This document shows, piece after piece, positions 24,563 to 37,624 of a stretch of DNA of 64,000 bases (positions within the stretch are counted from its first letter, which is position 1; the number at the start of each line of letters is the position of its first letter). The position numbers were made by a program, and so were the translations under genes. The notes under the pieces were generated by a model. That model saw only the letters and a list, made by a program, of their open reading frames with translations. It was not told the origin of the DNA and did not search any database. The stretch comes from Chara braunii (lineage: Eukaryota > Plantae > Charophyceae). The stretch is from assembly GCA_003427395.1 (NCBI GenBank), contig BFEA01000001.1:9616480-9680479 (forward strand), written 5' to 3'.

Positions 24563-27500
24563 AGCCGACGGTCGCGACCGTTCGTCGCGACTGGAAACCA
24601 CCCAAAATGTGTGCAGAGAGTCCCTCGTAACACAAGTACAAGGTTCCAAAACCCAAGCCCGGAACGTGGCCACGTTCCGTGGCAGATTCATTCGATTTTG
24701 CCCATCCTACTGATGGGAAGACAACTCGTTCGTTGAAACGAACGGGTGCTCTAGGGAATTCACAAGCAGAAAGGAAATAGAAAGAAGAGAAAAGAAAAAA
24801 ATCTAAAGAATCTAAGAAGAATCCTAATAAAGAAAATCTAAAAAGTAAAAAAAAAAAATAAAAAGAAAAAAAATTAACTTACCATTGAAAAACGGTCGCC
24901 CATTCAGAACGGGCACCGTCAGAACTACTGGGGTCTTAACATTCCAGTCACTTCGGATAGCGCCAGCTGACGTGTCGTTATCAATTTTAGTTTTAGTTTT
25001 TTTTTTCCTTTTTAATTCCCGTTGGCTTATGCCAACGGCCTTACCACGTTCGTGGGCTCACCCACGGACTGTTGAAATACGAACCCGAGCTCGATCCCTA
25101 CCGGGATCGGAAAAAAAAATTTGGCCCTTTTCTCGATTTATGCATGTCATCCCTGTGCAGGCCATGCAGCCCAATCGGCGTGGCTGATTTCAGCCGCGCG
25201 ATCTCAATGATCGTGCGGCCGAAATTGGCCGCGCCATACGGCTTCGAGATCAGGCCACTCTGACAAAAGGAGCTAGCCCAATTCCGGTATGTCGGGTTCG
25301 ATGTCTGCATCTGCGGCATATGAGCCTGAAGTCTTACCTATTGGGCTAGCTCCTACTACGAGAAGAGTAGGAGCAACCCCTCTATATGAGGAGCTTGCCC
25401 AGTGCACCCCTCCTGCCCGTAGCCCAACAGGCTCTGTCCGCCTGTAGCCCTGCTGCCTCGCCTGCTTGAGGCTATGCAGGCCCTGTTCGCTGGCTTGTCC
25501 CATCAGTTGGCCCCGAGTATCGACCGCGGCGGCCCCTAGCCCTTAACAAGGCAGGCTGCTGGGTCTCACGACCACCCATCGTAGTTTCAACCCCCCATAC
25601 GGTGGTCACTATTACCCTTGTAGGCTCTGAATCACGCGTCATTATTTTAGGTAGGATAGGTTGAGCTTTAGTGTTCCCACGTCCGCGCGCCTCTGCGGCC
25701 CCGCTCTAAATTGCCGAGTACTGCCATTACTCTCAGATGCCGCAGATGTCCGGACTGGGGTTCTAAAAGTTTTAGCTTCCCGGTCATAGGTCAGGTCTGA
25801 ATAAACTTTTGACAAACGTCAGTCTCATCAAGTCCTTCATCTCAACGCGAGAGTCGGACAATGTCCGACGTTCAAAATCCCCCGGCAAATACCCTTGTCA
25901 GGGTATTTGTCAGGGTATTTGCCCCGACACTGTTGAGCCACGGTCTCCCACGTTTCTTAAATTATTTGATCTTATTTATTTTATTATTTTGGGAACTCTA
26001 AATTATTAATATGAAGAATTTAAAAGGAGGGACTATTTGAATTCTTCATTTAGAACGCAGGGATCGTGGTGAGTGGCGAGCCTATAAAGGGTGGAGCAAG
26101 CGAGTCACTGGCCACTGGCCGCTAGAAGCGCGTACGCAACCCCATTCTGCTAACGCTAGTAGTCTGAGGGAGAAGGGCAGAACGGTGAGGTACCTCGTTG
26201 GCGAGCTATTTGTGTGTGTGTGTGAGCCAGGTATTAGGCCATTGGCTATTCTAAGGGTGACTATGGCGGACCGAGATGGTCTGCATGGCTATAGGCCAAG
26301 GTACATGAGGTACTCTTGGATGTAGGAATGAGGGGATGAAAAGGTCTCTTAGTTGAGACTATACTGACCTACGGGAAGCCTGCGGGAGAGGTGAGGCTGA
26401 AGATTAACGCCTGTGGCCATCAAGAACAGGAAATGAGAAGAGGCGAGAGATTGCAGGCGGCTATTACCAAGGCGCGCAACAGGGCTGAACGGAGATGCAA
26501 GCGAGACGAGATAACTATGGGAATGCGGGTGACTGTCACTTACCACGAGGACGACTCCTCTACCAGGACTACGACCAGAGAGGTGCAGTGCATCGATCGA
26601 GACTCCGAAGGGGAGTCTGAGATGAGAGACGCCGAGGCGACCTAGTCCTGACATGGATGCGACCAGCGGCAGCGAGATCACCAGTCTGCAGAGACCGTGG
26701 AGAAGGGCCTGAAGGCGAACTCGGGACGAGGACGATAGGAATCAGAGCGCAAAGCAATTACGAGACAGTCACGGGTGGGATGGTCACGCTCAATAACAGG
26801 GAAGGTAAGGCAGACAAAAAGTCAAAGTAAGTGGTAGGGGTACCCAAAAGACTATGAGCTGCAGTTGATACTAACTTCGCCCGGTCGGGAGCGGCGAGAT
26901 CGTCTCCCCTTCAAGGGGTCTGAGTAGCTGTTTTTCTGAGGGCCACGCCATCTTCCACCTCCGGAGTGAGTCTAGTGGCAAACTAGTGCGCATGGTGAGT
27001 GGTGGCACGAATGCAAGTACATGGCGGAAGTCGGACCCTCGAGAATGTCCGTGAGCGAGTAGTCATGGTGGCACAGACTATGACTGTTTACTTCCCTTCT
27101 TTCTCCTCTCTCTCAGCCTCCGTATGATCGACGGAGGGGATTGATACTATATTCAAATTTACTCTTTTGCTTGTATCTGAGTACAAACGGCGTGCTAAGG
27201 CCACAAACATGCCTTCCGTGGACGTCATTACTGGCGCGGAGGCGATAGCTCCAGGTATGAGTTTGCGGGACTGCCACCCACTCGAGGAAATCATCATCAT
27301 CGAGTGATTAACCTGTTGCAGTGGGGAGGGGCGCACTTGTTCCTCCGGATTGACGCCTATGAAACTGCTCTCTTGAATGAGCGGATGAGGAAATATTTGA
27401 GATCCGCTTGTTTCACACTCCGTGCTTGATCAGCGTGACAACGTGCCAGTTAGTCACGCGAAAGAGAGAGATGAGGGTTACAGGTCTTCGTGGATACTAC

Positions 27501-29576
27501 ATGCCTTGAGCACGTTCTGCGCGCAGGCGAAGTAGTTGAGGTCATCAGCCCCATCCATTAACCATCTAGTGCGCGAACTCTCATAAACTGCTGTATGCGG
27601 TGGTGGTTGAACGAAAGGTCAGGTACTGGGGGTGACTAAGGACGAGATGATCATAGAGTGCTGGAGGAAATGCAACGCGTATGCTACTGTGTTGAGAACG
27701 CATGAGAGATGTGAATAGCAATCTATCAGTTGGTGCATGGCCAACTCCTAAAACATACGTGCGCATTCTAGCGGTCTGCTTTTGGGCACCACTCTCTGTG
27801 TCCATGTTGGTCGGTATGTATCCTAGTGTTTGAAAGCATCTTTACTGGAAACGGTTGTGTGGTTAGATACTGACACCTACAACGAAAGGAGTCTTGGGAC
27901 GAGGGGCATCTGACTGGCTTTGGGAACGACTAATGTTGGGGAGGTCAGTGCCACCAGGTAATTGCGAGCAGGAAACGTGACTTAGCTCGTCCTAGCGCTG
28001 ACACTACTGTGGTGACGAGGAGTCCATAAAACAGCTTGCTGATAACCCTCGTCGTCATTAGGGCACGTTTAGTGACTCGTATGAGCCATGAGTGTCGAAC
28101 AGGTCTCAAAACGGGAGCGGAACGGAATCAATCGTCTTACCGTCACTGTCATAAAAGAGGGGTTTTGACCTTTCACCATTTGTTCGTTGTTTAGCCTGCA
28201 GATGGTAACGAGCCAATCGAGTGACCTCATAGAGGAAGCTGCTACCAGTATCTGCAGGTAAATACCATCTAGAACTCTTACTTGTTGGACACTACCTCTA
28301 TAAGTTGGGAACACTGTCCACCAACTTTTCTAGAGAGTCAGTTGAGTTGGTCTAGCAGTGAGTCGTTAGAATGGTGATTGGACGCTCTCTAAGCAAAGAA
28401 AAGGAAAAGGGTGGGAAAAATAGCTGCGGCCACTGCTTGAGATACTCTTGGACTGAGGCCCCTCGAATCTGTTACGCACTCACGGTCTTCATTGAGTCTT
28501 CCTTCTCTTCGGATCGAGAAGTGATAGTACGGAAGAACTGACAGATTTCGACTGCTATGAGGATTCTGGTGAAAGTGCTGAAAGGAGCATATATGAAGAT
28601 AAAACTTTCTCTTGCGTCCTTGATTGATTAACAAATCTCTCATCTCTCCGTTAAACCTTTGTGTTCGAGGTAACTATGAGTCATCATTGCGTTTTCTCGC
28701 CAGAAGAAACGTCACGTGTGGGAGGTTGTTGATTGACTCTGACAAGCTTCGTATTGAGCACCGAGCCTTAAGCACTTACTAATGAGGCTCCAATCTGTCA
28801 GTCAGGATTCGTCTTCTCCGCAAAAGGGATGAAAACTTCGAAACAGAAAAGTCACAAAATAACCGTAACATCGGTTTTACGCACTTAATCATTTTGCCTG
28901 ATGGGAAAGAAACATGTGGTACTTAGGAGAATTGCATATTTGCTTGCAAAGTTTCTGACTGACGGAGATTAGTATTGCTCTTCGAAACATTAGGCTGCTC
29001 ATTGACAAGGGGGTTGTCGACCCGAATACTAGCTCAAAATCTCCTCTGCACGTGTCGAGATTAAGACCTTGAGAAATGAGTACGAAATATGATATTATGC
29101 TAATAAATGCCAAAAGAGAATGATTGTAAGAGGTTGAACGAGTGCTAAACTTTCGAAACATCCTGAGTAAAGCCAAAGTGAGCACTGCTAAGGAAAACTA
29201 AACGTGAGACTCAGAAGTGAGTCGAGTCCTAACTCAGAAATGAGACCAAATCCAAGTTAATTCGCACCGAGATCCTTGCCAGACCGTTTAGTAAGAACCC
29301 TGGGTTCTATAATTTGATTTGCTGTTTGCGGCAGTCCGTTTTTATACTTGAGTGCGGGGAGGATTAAGTAGTATCATGTGTGAAAATTTCCTGACGCGAT
29401 TTACTACCAGTAGTACTTCGTGTACTGTTCGAGTATAGTCCTTCGTCTGTAGCGCATTGTGCACTACTCGGGTACAGTTCCCCATTCGTAGTATGTCGTG
29501 TACTATTCGAGAGGGCCCGCCGTCTGTGGCCCTTGGCGGTTGAAGATCCACTCTTGCGATGCTACGGGTACCATTT

Positions 29577-29600
29577 AGAAGGGGTTACTGTCACTAATAC
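29577..29600 (+). other. Possible polypurine tract followed by an LTR start (AGAAGGGGTTAC|TGTCAC)
   Basis: Purine run immediately before TG; no partner LTR verified. Confidence 0.3.
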
Positions 29601-31264
29601 CCGATCAAATGCCTATATTTTTCAGCTTAGAATTCGAGTGAAAAATGCAAATGACATTCCATGGAAACTTTTGAGCAAGGGTCAGGCCTAATACCAAACA
29701 ACGCGGCTAGAACGAGGAGCTGGTCCCAAGGTCTCTCGCGTTGGACCAATCAAATCCTAATTTCATCTGATTTCTGTTTTTTTCTTACATATTTAGTTTT
29801 TCATTTCTTAAACCACTATTTAATTCAGCTTGGTCTATGCGGCTGAGTGTTAGTCTGAGTCCCACTTCGTACGTTACAGTGCTTTGAGTCGTTTACGAGG
29901 ACTGTATGCATTCGCCTGGTCGGGGAATGTACAACTAAGCTAAGTGTTACACGAGCTCCTTGGGCAGTGAAAGAGTACAGTCAGTATTTTTATATTCTCC
30001 CATCTATCATATCAATAGTGAAGAGATGTCTGGCGAACATCAACTCAAAACATGAACAGGGAGTAAGCACGTCTCTGTATTCAAGGTAGTCACTCAGAAC
30101 TTGCCCTGACTTTACACTTAAATTTGCAACGTCGGACACGGACAGGACTTGCATTCGAACTTGTCGAGCTGCGTACGGACTCGTCCCAAGCTCCGGGTCA
30201 TTGCTTTCAGACACAGAGTTTCGACTGAATGAACAACTCTTTTGAGTGCCCACACCCAAAAATCTCATACCCAACACAAGAGATTACGGGCATAACTCGT
30301 GTTCAAAGTTTTCAGAGAAAGTCATTTAAGGGAAAGCCTTGTGAGATCAGCATCATACGACTAGTGATTCATGATTAGTTGCATAGACAGTGCACTGACA
30401 GGTATACAGCTCGGTCTATCAGTTAATCGAAGAAGTTCCGACAAACCGTTTTTTCGGTCTTATCTCGCCTCACCTTAAATAGCTTCTCATCGGCGCTAGG
30501 GATTGGTGTTCAGACCGCTTCCGAGAAAGGACATCTCTCAAACCGCTCAGCCTGCATACATAGTGTATGAGTCCGTGGGTTACATTTGTATTAAGTCTAT
30601 GCAATCTCTCTGATTACCTCATTGGATCTTATTCTATGTTCAACAGCAACCCGCGCAAGTGATAACAATACACGGGCAAATATTGTGTGAAAAATTAACA
30701 GACCCTATTCCCCTCATGTCCCTACAAACCCTAGCCATAATTGTGAGAAAGGGAAGGGAGTTATGGGGACCAAAGACAAAGTGGGAATGACTTGCACCCT
30801 CCATCTGGATAAAAAAGATGGCTGGGAGGAAGAAACACTCAATGGCATTCAATACAGTCAAAACTAATGAGAGGAGGTGCTTTAACGCTAGTAAACGACC
30901 AAAATTTCCTTGAGTACACCTTCTACTTCTACAGATCAGATGGGCAGTTGCATAGCACCTTCTCCTCTATTGAAGCTGTTGATCGAGCACGGGAGGCCGT
31001 CAGGAATCAGCAGTAAGAACGAAAAGAAAGAAATATCTCGTGAGCAGCTTGCGTAACAGTGCAAAGGTGTACTAACCAAGTGAGAATCATACGACAATAT
31101 TCAGAAGCCCTGATGTGATAGGGGACATTCACTACTATAAGGAAATAAGTCGCATCCAAGCATACAGTCAAAATCTAATCAGCGAGAACAATCTGCGCAA
31201 CTGTTTTATTTGACCAGTCAGTTAAATCAGGGAATCCGTCAGAACCCAACTGTTTATTCTTCAC

Positions 31265-31768
31265 ATGAGTACGATTCAGTCTTTCCAGGTCAGTGGATCA
31301 GTTCTGGCCGGCCTCAATCAGATTGATCTCAAAGATGTTTTTTAGTATCGATATGTCAGTGCAACTGGCTTCAAGAGAGGGGACTTATCCGACTTTGCAG
31401 TTCATGTTGAGTTTGCGGGAGACGCCATTCATGACTTGAGGGTCTACGTGAAGAAGGGTAAAGAAACACATGAGCACTTTGACTCAGTCTGGATCTCGGC
31501 TGCCAGGTATCTTGAAGAAAAAAAGAAAAAGTTCGATGAGAATGGTACCAAGTTGATTTGCAGTTTTGGGCCTAAGCTTTATACCGACTATCCAGAGCCT
31601 CAAGTACCTTTCGCTCTCACTGACGGTTCTTCCTGGGGAGACTGGGTAGATCTAACCAAAAGGTACAACTTACCTGCATCGATTGACTATGAGGTAGTGA
31701 CTAAGTCATTAGAGTTCCAACATCTCAGACGAGGGATCTTCTCTCAACCATATCTTCCTATTCTATGA
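31265..31768 (+). pseudogene. Unknown ~140-aa domain protein, copy 1 (one internal stop)
   Basis: MSTIQ...DVF*YRYV...HDLRVYVKKG...SVWISAARYLEEKKKKF; resembles the repeats at 32750-34520. Confidence 0.6.
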
Positions 31769-32412
31769 GAGGAGTTTTGTGCTATGGTCGACTTCCGTAT
31801 CACGAGGCTTGGCTGAAATTGTTCGGAGCTCGCAGGCTTCAGGTGACTTTACATTCAGAGACCACAACCTCAGGGAGTAAGGAGACATGGCTCGAAGCAC
31901 AAGAAACGCACAACAAAGTGAGATATTGAGTATGTGACCTAGAGAGATGAGTGATGACTCTTGACAAGTGTTGGTTGTGCCTCTGGATGTGTACTCTCTG
32001 AGACTATTATGAGTTCTCATTCTTCCCTCACTTACCCTTGTCATTGCTCAAGTCAACCAGTCTTGCTTCTTTTGCATTATTTTTGCTTGATGATTGCGTT
32101 ATCAGATAATTCTGTCATAGTTCTCAAAATAAAAAAATTGGTAAAATTGATGCATGCATGACATCCCATAATTTTATGATTAATATTTGCATGATTCTTG
32201 TTGTTCTGAAACAAAATAAAAAATTCCTAAAACTGGGGATCGGCGAAGACCGCAATTAAAGGGTCTCGCTCGAAGCCGGACGCAAACGACAGGAAGAGAT
32301 TTACTTTAATTAATTTATTTTGTTTACTACAATCATCATCCAAATCCTGCGTGACAGCCTGTTGGCTTTGTGGTCGGCTGAAGAGGCTCGACTGGAAAAA
32401 GTTCGACAAAAA

Positions 32413-32430
32413 TGGCGCCGTTGCCGGGGA
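32413..32430 (+). promoter_or_regulatory. Primer-binding site (tRNA-Asp type, Athila-like LTR retrotransposon)
   Basis: TGGCGCCGTTGCCGGGGA four nt after an LTR-like end GTTCGACA (32408). Confidence 0.85.
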
Positions 32431-32749
32431 CATTAATTTTTTTCGTGTCCGGAACGAGCCTGGGTTAGCAACAACTTTGAGCTTTGATTAAGACTTGAGA
32501 GTTGTTGACAATGGCTGAATTTTCAGATTGACTCTGACATCTTGAGTGAATCATTATTTTGTTGGAAGTTTTGAGTTGCTAACTGGGTCTTATCTCTGCA
32601 TGTGTGAGGTACAACACTGGACTGGGGAAGGAGACAATATTCATTGGAGAGAATCAGGCTTGATCACAGGTATGCCTTATGAACCCTTGACGCCCTTGAA
32701 GAATTGAGAAAGAAGGGAATGAGTCAGAAGTCTGAGAACTCCATCAAGA

Positions 32750-34520
32750 ATGTTAACTATTGATTCACTGAAAAAACTCTCAAAATTAACTATTAAAGGG
32801 TTATTCCCCTATAAGTATGAGCACTGTTGGGCTTACCATTCTGGCAATTCGACCATCTATGTAGTGTTGACTCGCTGCTTAGAGGAAGATATCTATGATA
32901 TTCGCCCTTATGTCAAGAAGAGAGACTACAACGATGGTGAGGTTTTTAACTGACTATGGAAAATTGTCGTCCAATCTATCTACGATGAACGGGCAGAACT
33001 AATCAAGCGAAGGAAGAAACTGGAATGGGGTTTAATGTCAGTGACCTATGAAACAATTCCAATTCCCCTTATCCCTGACAACTACTGTAATGGAAGTAAT
33101 TTGTTGCCAATAATTAACGTGGTACTGAAGTGGAAAAAATGAGAAGGTTGTTATGAGAGCAAAAAAAACTTCAGCAGAGGAAACCACACGAAGAAGACTG
33201 AAATTTGACAGAGGTTTAGGTCCAAGCAAAAAAAAAATTGAGTGTCTCCTGGGATCACTGAATGCTTTAAGTGAGAAAGAAGTGTTCCCATACAAGATCG
33301 TCAAGTATAAGATGGTCGAGAGTGGATGGGTGCAAGAACGATTCTATATCCTAATATTCTACTTTACAGACTTGGATAAATATGATGTAAGAATTTATGT
33401 TCCTAAAGAAAAAAATGTTGATGTTGTGTATAAGAGATGCTAGAGATTTGCCGATGAATTTGTACTGAAAGAGAAAAAAAGACTTGAGAGAGAAAATAGG
33501 TGCTTCATTGGATCTATTCGGCTTGTTGTCTTTGAGAGATTCTCAACTCCTCCTTTACATGATATAAATTTGTCAAGAAACAACTGATCTGCTGTGATTG
33601 AGTTTTCACTGAAAGTGATAAGAGACCAACGACACAAATGAGTCAACTATACGTACCTCCAAAAGTGAGACCCTGGTTTAGGTTGGGAAGAAGACATAGG
33701 AGACTGAGTAAGGAGGATTCTGATAAACCGCTAAATTCTTTTAATTCTATAACAAAGAGAGTTGTGATTTCCTACGAGATTGTGAAGTATGGAAACTAAA
33801 GAATCTGGGATGGGAACATGATGATATGCATGTTTTTACCTGCTATTTTATTGACGTTGATGAGTTTGACATTGAGATCTACGTGCCATGACATAGGTTC
33901 AAAGAGTATAGAAGTGGTCGATGTTGGCAACAAGCATCAGATATTGTGCATGGCGAAAGAAAAAAACTTGAACAAGAAGAGGATAGTTTCTCTTGGAGTA
34001 CCTATGTCAGACCTTTCATTGGGATACCGTCCCCTCTTGTTGAAGGGCTTACGTTTTCAAGGGACAATTGGTCAGTCATGATAGATTTTGTATGGAAGGT
34101 GAAGAGGGCTCAAGAAAAACACTCTAAGCAACAAAAATAATCATTGTGAGAGACATACTTTATGAAGTAACGGGATCTGATAATCCATTTGTAATCATGA
34201 GATATGAGATCTGTGTAAGAGGGAAATTGGTATTTCACATTCCAGCAGTCGAATTCCTGAATACTGACAGCTTGGACGTGAGAATTTACGCCCTGTCATG
34301 CCTAAAGAAGGAAGTTGACTATTTGGAATGTCGGATGAGAGCTTATGTCAGTCTTATAAAGACAAAAAAATGACTTGAAAAATTACAGAGGAAAGTAACT
34401 TGGGGGAAAGGAATAAGGCAGTTCGAAAGACTCCCTAGTTTTTTAACTACTGATGATTTTTATGATAGGAGAGACTGGTTGTCTCTCCTGGAAGCTATTG
34501 CCAGTAGGACCTCTGTGGTG
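32750..34520 (+). pseudogene. Four tandem decayed copies of an unknown ~140-aa domain
   Basis: FPYK...YDIRPYVKK; FPYK...YDVRIYVPK; ISYE...FDIEIYVP; PFVI...LDVRIYAL; spaced ~485, 485 and 410 bp, each followed by a K/E-rich helix. Confidence 0.7.
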
Positions 34521-34653
34521 GCATGTTTTTTTTTCTGTAGTTTGTCATAGTAAATTTCTAAGTAGCTCAAGATTTTCTCAAAGTTCTCTCAGCCAAAGCC
34601 GGGTAATAGCCCCGGTATCTCAAACTTTCAAAATTCGATGTAAAGTTCCATAT

Positions 34654-34978
34654 GGGATGCTGGACCCGGTTCTCAGCACGTGCTGCTCCCCACGAATAGA
34701 TTGGAGCCTNNNNNNNNNNNNNNNNNNNNNNNNNNNNNNNNNNNNNNNNNNNNNNNNNNNNNNNNNNNNNNNNNNNNNNNNNNNNNNNNNNNNNNNNNNN
34801 NNNNNNNNNNNNNNNNNNNNNNNNNNNNNNNNNNNNNNNNNNNNNNNNNNNNNNGGGGAGCAGTGGCTGAGGCTCTTCCAGCCCTAATGGGAAGAGGCGT
34901 GTGGTTAAGTGTTGTAATCAAACTCGTAATTTGAGCCCTGGACACTAGGCCCTTAAAAAAAAAAAAAAAAAAAAAAAA
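34654..34978 (+). mobile_element. Short LINE 3' end (RNA motif plus poly(A)) spanning a gap
   Basis: Motif at 34654-34707; CTCTT-loop hairpin at ~34866; poly(A) at 34955-34978. Confidence 0.75.
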
Positions 34979-35179
34979 GTCCAAAAAATTTGGCTTTTGG
35001 TACAGGGCCCACAGTCTACTCTTGTGAGGCTCCAACTGAGGTCTAGAGAAAGTTTTACTGGTCAGAGGATGCTGGACCTCATTTACAGGAGAGTTTTTCA
35101 AGCCGGAGCTCTGTAAGAGCCCGGTCCTTTTCGTGTACCTTAAGCATTGATAATGCGGGCCTCAGGTACTGGGCCCTTT

Positions 35180-35430
35180 CAAAAGAGAGAACAAGAACCC
35201 TGTCTCGCCACGTGTCCGGTGCAGCATTGAAATCCCCTGCAACAACTAAGGGGACACCCTCCAGTAGGTGTGAATGTGAGGGGGAAGACACATATTTACT
35301 ATGCACACTAGAGTATGACCTCTCTGCCCTAATAGAGAGATCTTTCTCCCCTGCTCTTCATTTCTATCCTAGATTGGGAGGTCGGGGGGGAAGTGGACAT
35401 AGAGGTCATCATAAGCCCAACACACTTGGC
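35180..35430 (-). pseudogene. LINE APE endonuclease fragment
   Basis: DRNEEQGRKISLLG..VCIVNM and GVPLVVAGDFNAAPDTWRDR match the APE at ~41.1-41.3 kb. Confidence 0.7.
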
Positions 35431-35782
35431 AGCCTGTTAGTGATCTCAACTGTCCATCACACGAGCCTCCGTTTGTTACATTTTATAAGTCTTCTTGGTC
35501 TCTCTTCTCTTTGTTTCTGTCTTGGAATCATGCGTGGGTTGAATTGTGTTTTGCTTTCTGGTGGGCTTACACTCTGTCTGATTTGGTGTTAGGAGGGCAG
35601 GAGATCCATCCTTCCCTGTTCGTGGGAAGTAATCAATGCCCCCTGCTCCATAGGGAGACATGACAGATACAGGGGCAATGGGCTTGAGCTTCATACAACA
35701 TATATAAACTAGACAAACATAGTCAGACAATATTGTATACACAGTAGAGCCACACCATAGAAAGAATCTTACACAATGTACA

Positions 35783-35914
35783 GGGACGCTGGACCCAATT
35801 TCTGGCGGGTGCAGCTCCCCACCAATAGATGGAGCCTTCAACACTGGGACCCACTTAACGGGGCTGCTCTTATCACCTCATTAAACCACCTGTACCTTTC
35901 CCTGCCTGAAAAAC
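35783..35914 (+). mobile_element. LINE 3' end (RNA motif, CTCTT hairpin, short A-tail)
   Basis: gggacgctggacccaatttctggcgggtgcagctccccaccaatagatggagc. Confidence 0.7.
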
Positions 35915-36879
35915 AAATGCCCGCCGGTTAACACAGGAGGCGGGCAGGATCGGGACTACCGGTGTGAAATGGTTGGTGGCGCCAGCCAAAATGAGGCCCG
36001 CGCTGGTTCATTTTTTTTGGCACACAGGACAGTTTTAGGCTCGGCAGGGATAGCTGAGAAAAAGTGGGCTTTCCCACATACGAAGTTAACAAGAAAAAAG
36101 AAGGTCACCCTAGAGGCGCCGCTTAGCGCACGCGACGCAGCAGGCTTGCGTTGACGAACGCGCGAACATCCGCCGAGGAACGTGGCCGAAGACGGAAGGG
36201 AGAGGAAAGTTGGAGGTGGGAAAAGGGGAAGCGAGGCGGGAGCAGGAGACGACCATAGCCAAAAGCGAGCCGACATACAGAAACGGGAGTTCCGTAGATC
36301 ACGACGAGGGGCCGCGGAGAAAGGCGAGCAGCAGCATCTGCGGCATTCACTTCGTCACGACGGAAGCAGGTGCCCGAAGTCAACGAACGGAGCGCGATAT
36401 CACTCCACTTCCCTTGGGGCCCCGCGTTGGGAAACTGACTTGGTGGGGAGGCGGAGGCGATAAACCGCCCGTGACAGCGACGATCGAAATACGACAACAA
36501 CGACGACCAAGCAACCTTCGACAAGATCACCAGAAACACAAGACGATCTCAGGTAGATACAGAGCTGCAGCATCCCCCGCCACCCCGACCCGGAGTTAGG
36601 GGACTGGTGGATAGAACTGCCGCTTCCCCTGCTACCTCGACACCGACCCGATCCCGACCCGATACCGGCCCGATCCCGACCCGATCCCGACCCTTACTTC
36701 CTGACGCCCCGACCCCGCCTCTACTTGGCCACTTGCCCCCCCCCCGGCCCCCCTGAAAGCCCTCCCCCGTCGTGCAAACCTTCCCCCGCCTTGCCTCCCG
36801 CCTCAATCCCGACCCTGCATCCCGACCCCGACCTCCGACGCTGCCCCTCCAGCCCTGCCTGGCCTTCCTCTGCGAGCCA

Positions 36880-37345
36880 ATTACCCCGATCTCCGACACT
36901 GCCTTTCCACCCTCATCTCAACCTCCGACGAACCCAGCCCCCCCGTCTCCCGTCTCCCGCCTACCCCGATCCCGACCGCTGACTGCCGCCCCCACCCCGA
37001 CCTCCGACACTGCCCTTCCGCCCTGATCTCGACCTCCGACTGTACCCCTCTAAACCCCCGCCCTCATCCCGACCTCCAACGAACCCGACCCCCCCGTCTC
37101 CCCCCCCACCCTGATCCTGACCGCTGACTTCCCACCCCGACCTCCGACACTGCCCTTCCGCCCTGATCTCGACCTCCGACTGTACCCCTCTAAACCCCCG
37201 CCCTCATCCCGACCTCCAACGAACCCGACCCCCCCGTCTCCCCCCCCACCCTGATCCTGACCGCTGACTTCCCACCCCGACCTCCGACACTGCCCTTCCG
37301 CCCTGATCCCGACTTCCGACTGTACCCCTCCAAACCCCGACGAAC
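36880..37345 (+). repeat. 140-bp C-rich tandem monomers in the LINE 5' region
   Basis: ccccgacctccgacactgcccttccg at 36995, 37135 and 37275; diverged copy at ~36884. Confidence 0.9.
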
Positions 37346-37624
37346 CTAGTCCCCCCGTCTCCCGCCCACCCCGTGCCCCACCAAAACCCCGACCAGCCCA
37401 GACCTCCCCGACTCATCTTCGACAACCTTCCCGTCCTGCCCTGCCTTCCACCCATCCTCACCCCGACCTCCAAACCTCCACCAACCCCGCCCCCCGGCCT
37501 CCCACCCTGATCTCGACTCCCAACCCCACCCGGCTGACCCTCGACAAGCCTCTCGCACCTCATCCGACGTGGCCAGTTTGAGCGATAGGAAACGAAAAAC
37601 TGTTGTCGGTGAGAAAAGAGACTG

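Noticed and set aside
25740-29570. Coding region of a retroelement
   Set aside because: Only short stop-riddled ORFs; no gag, RT, integrase or tyrosine-recombinase motif that I could identify
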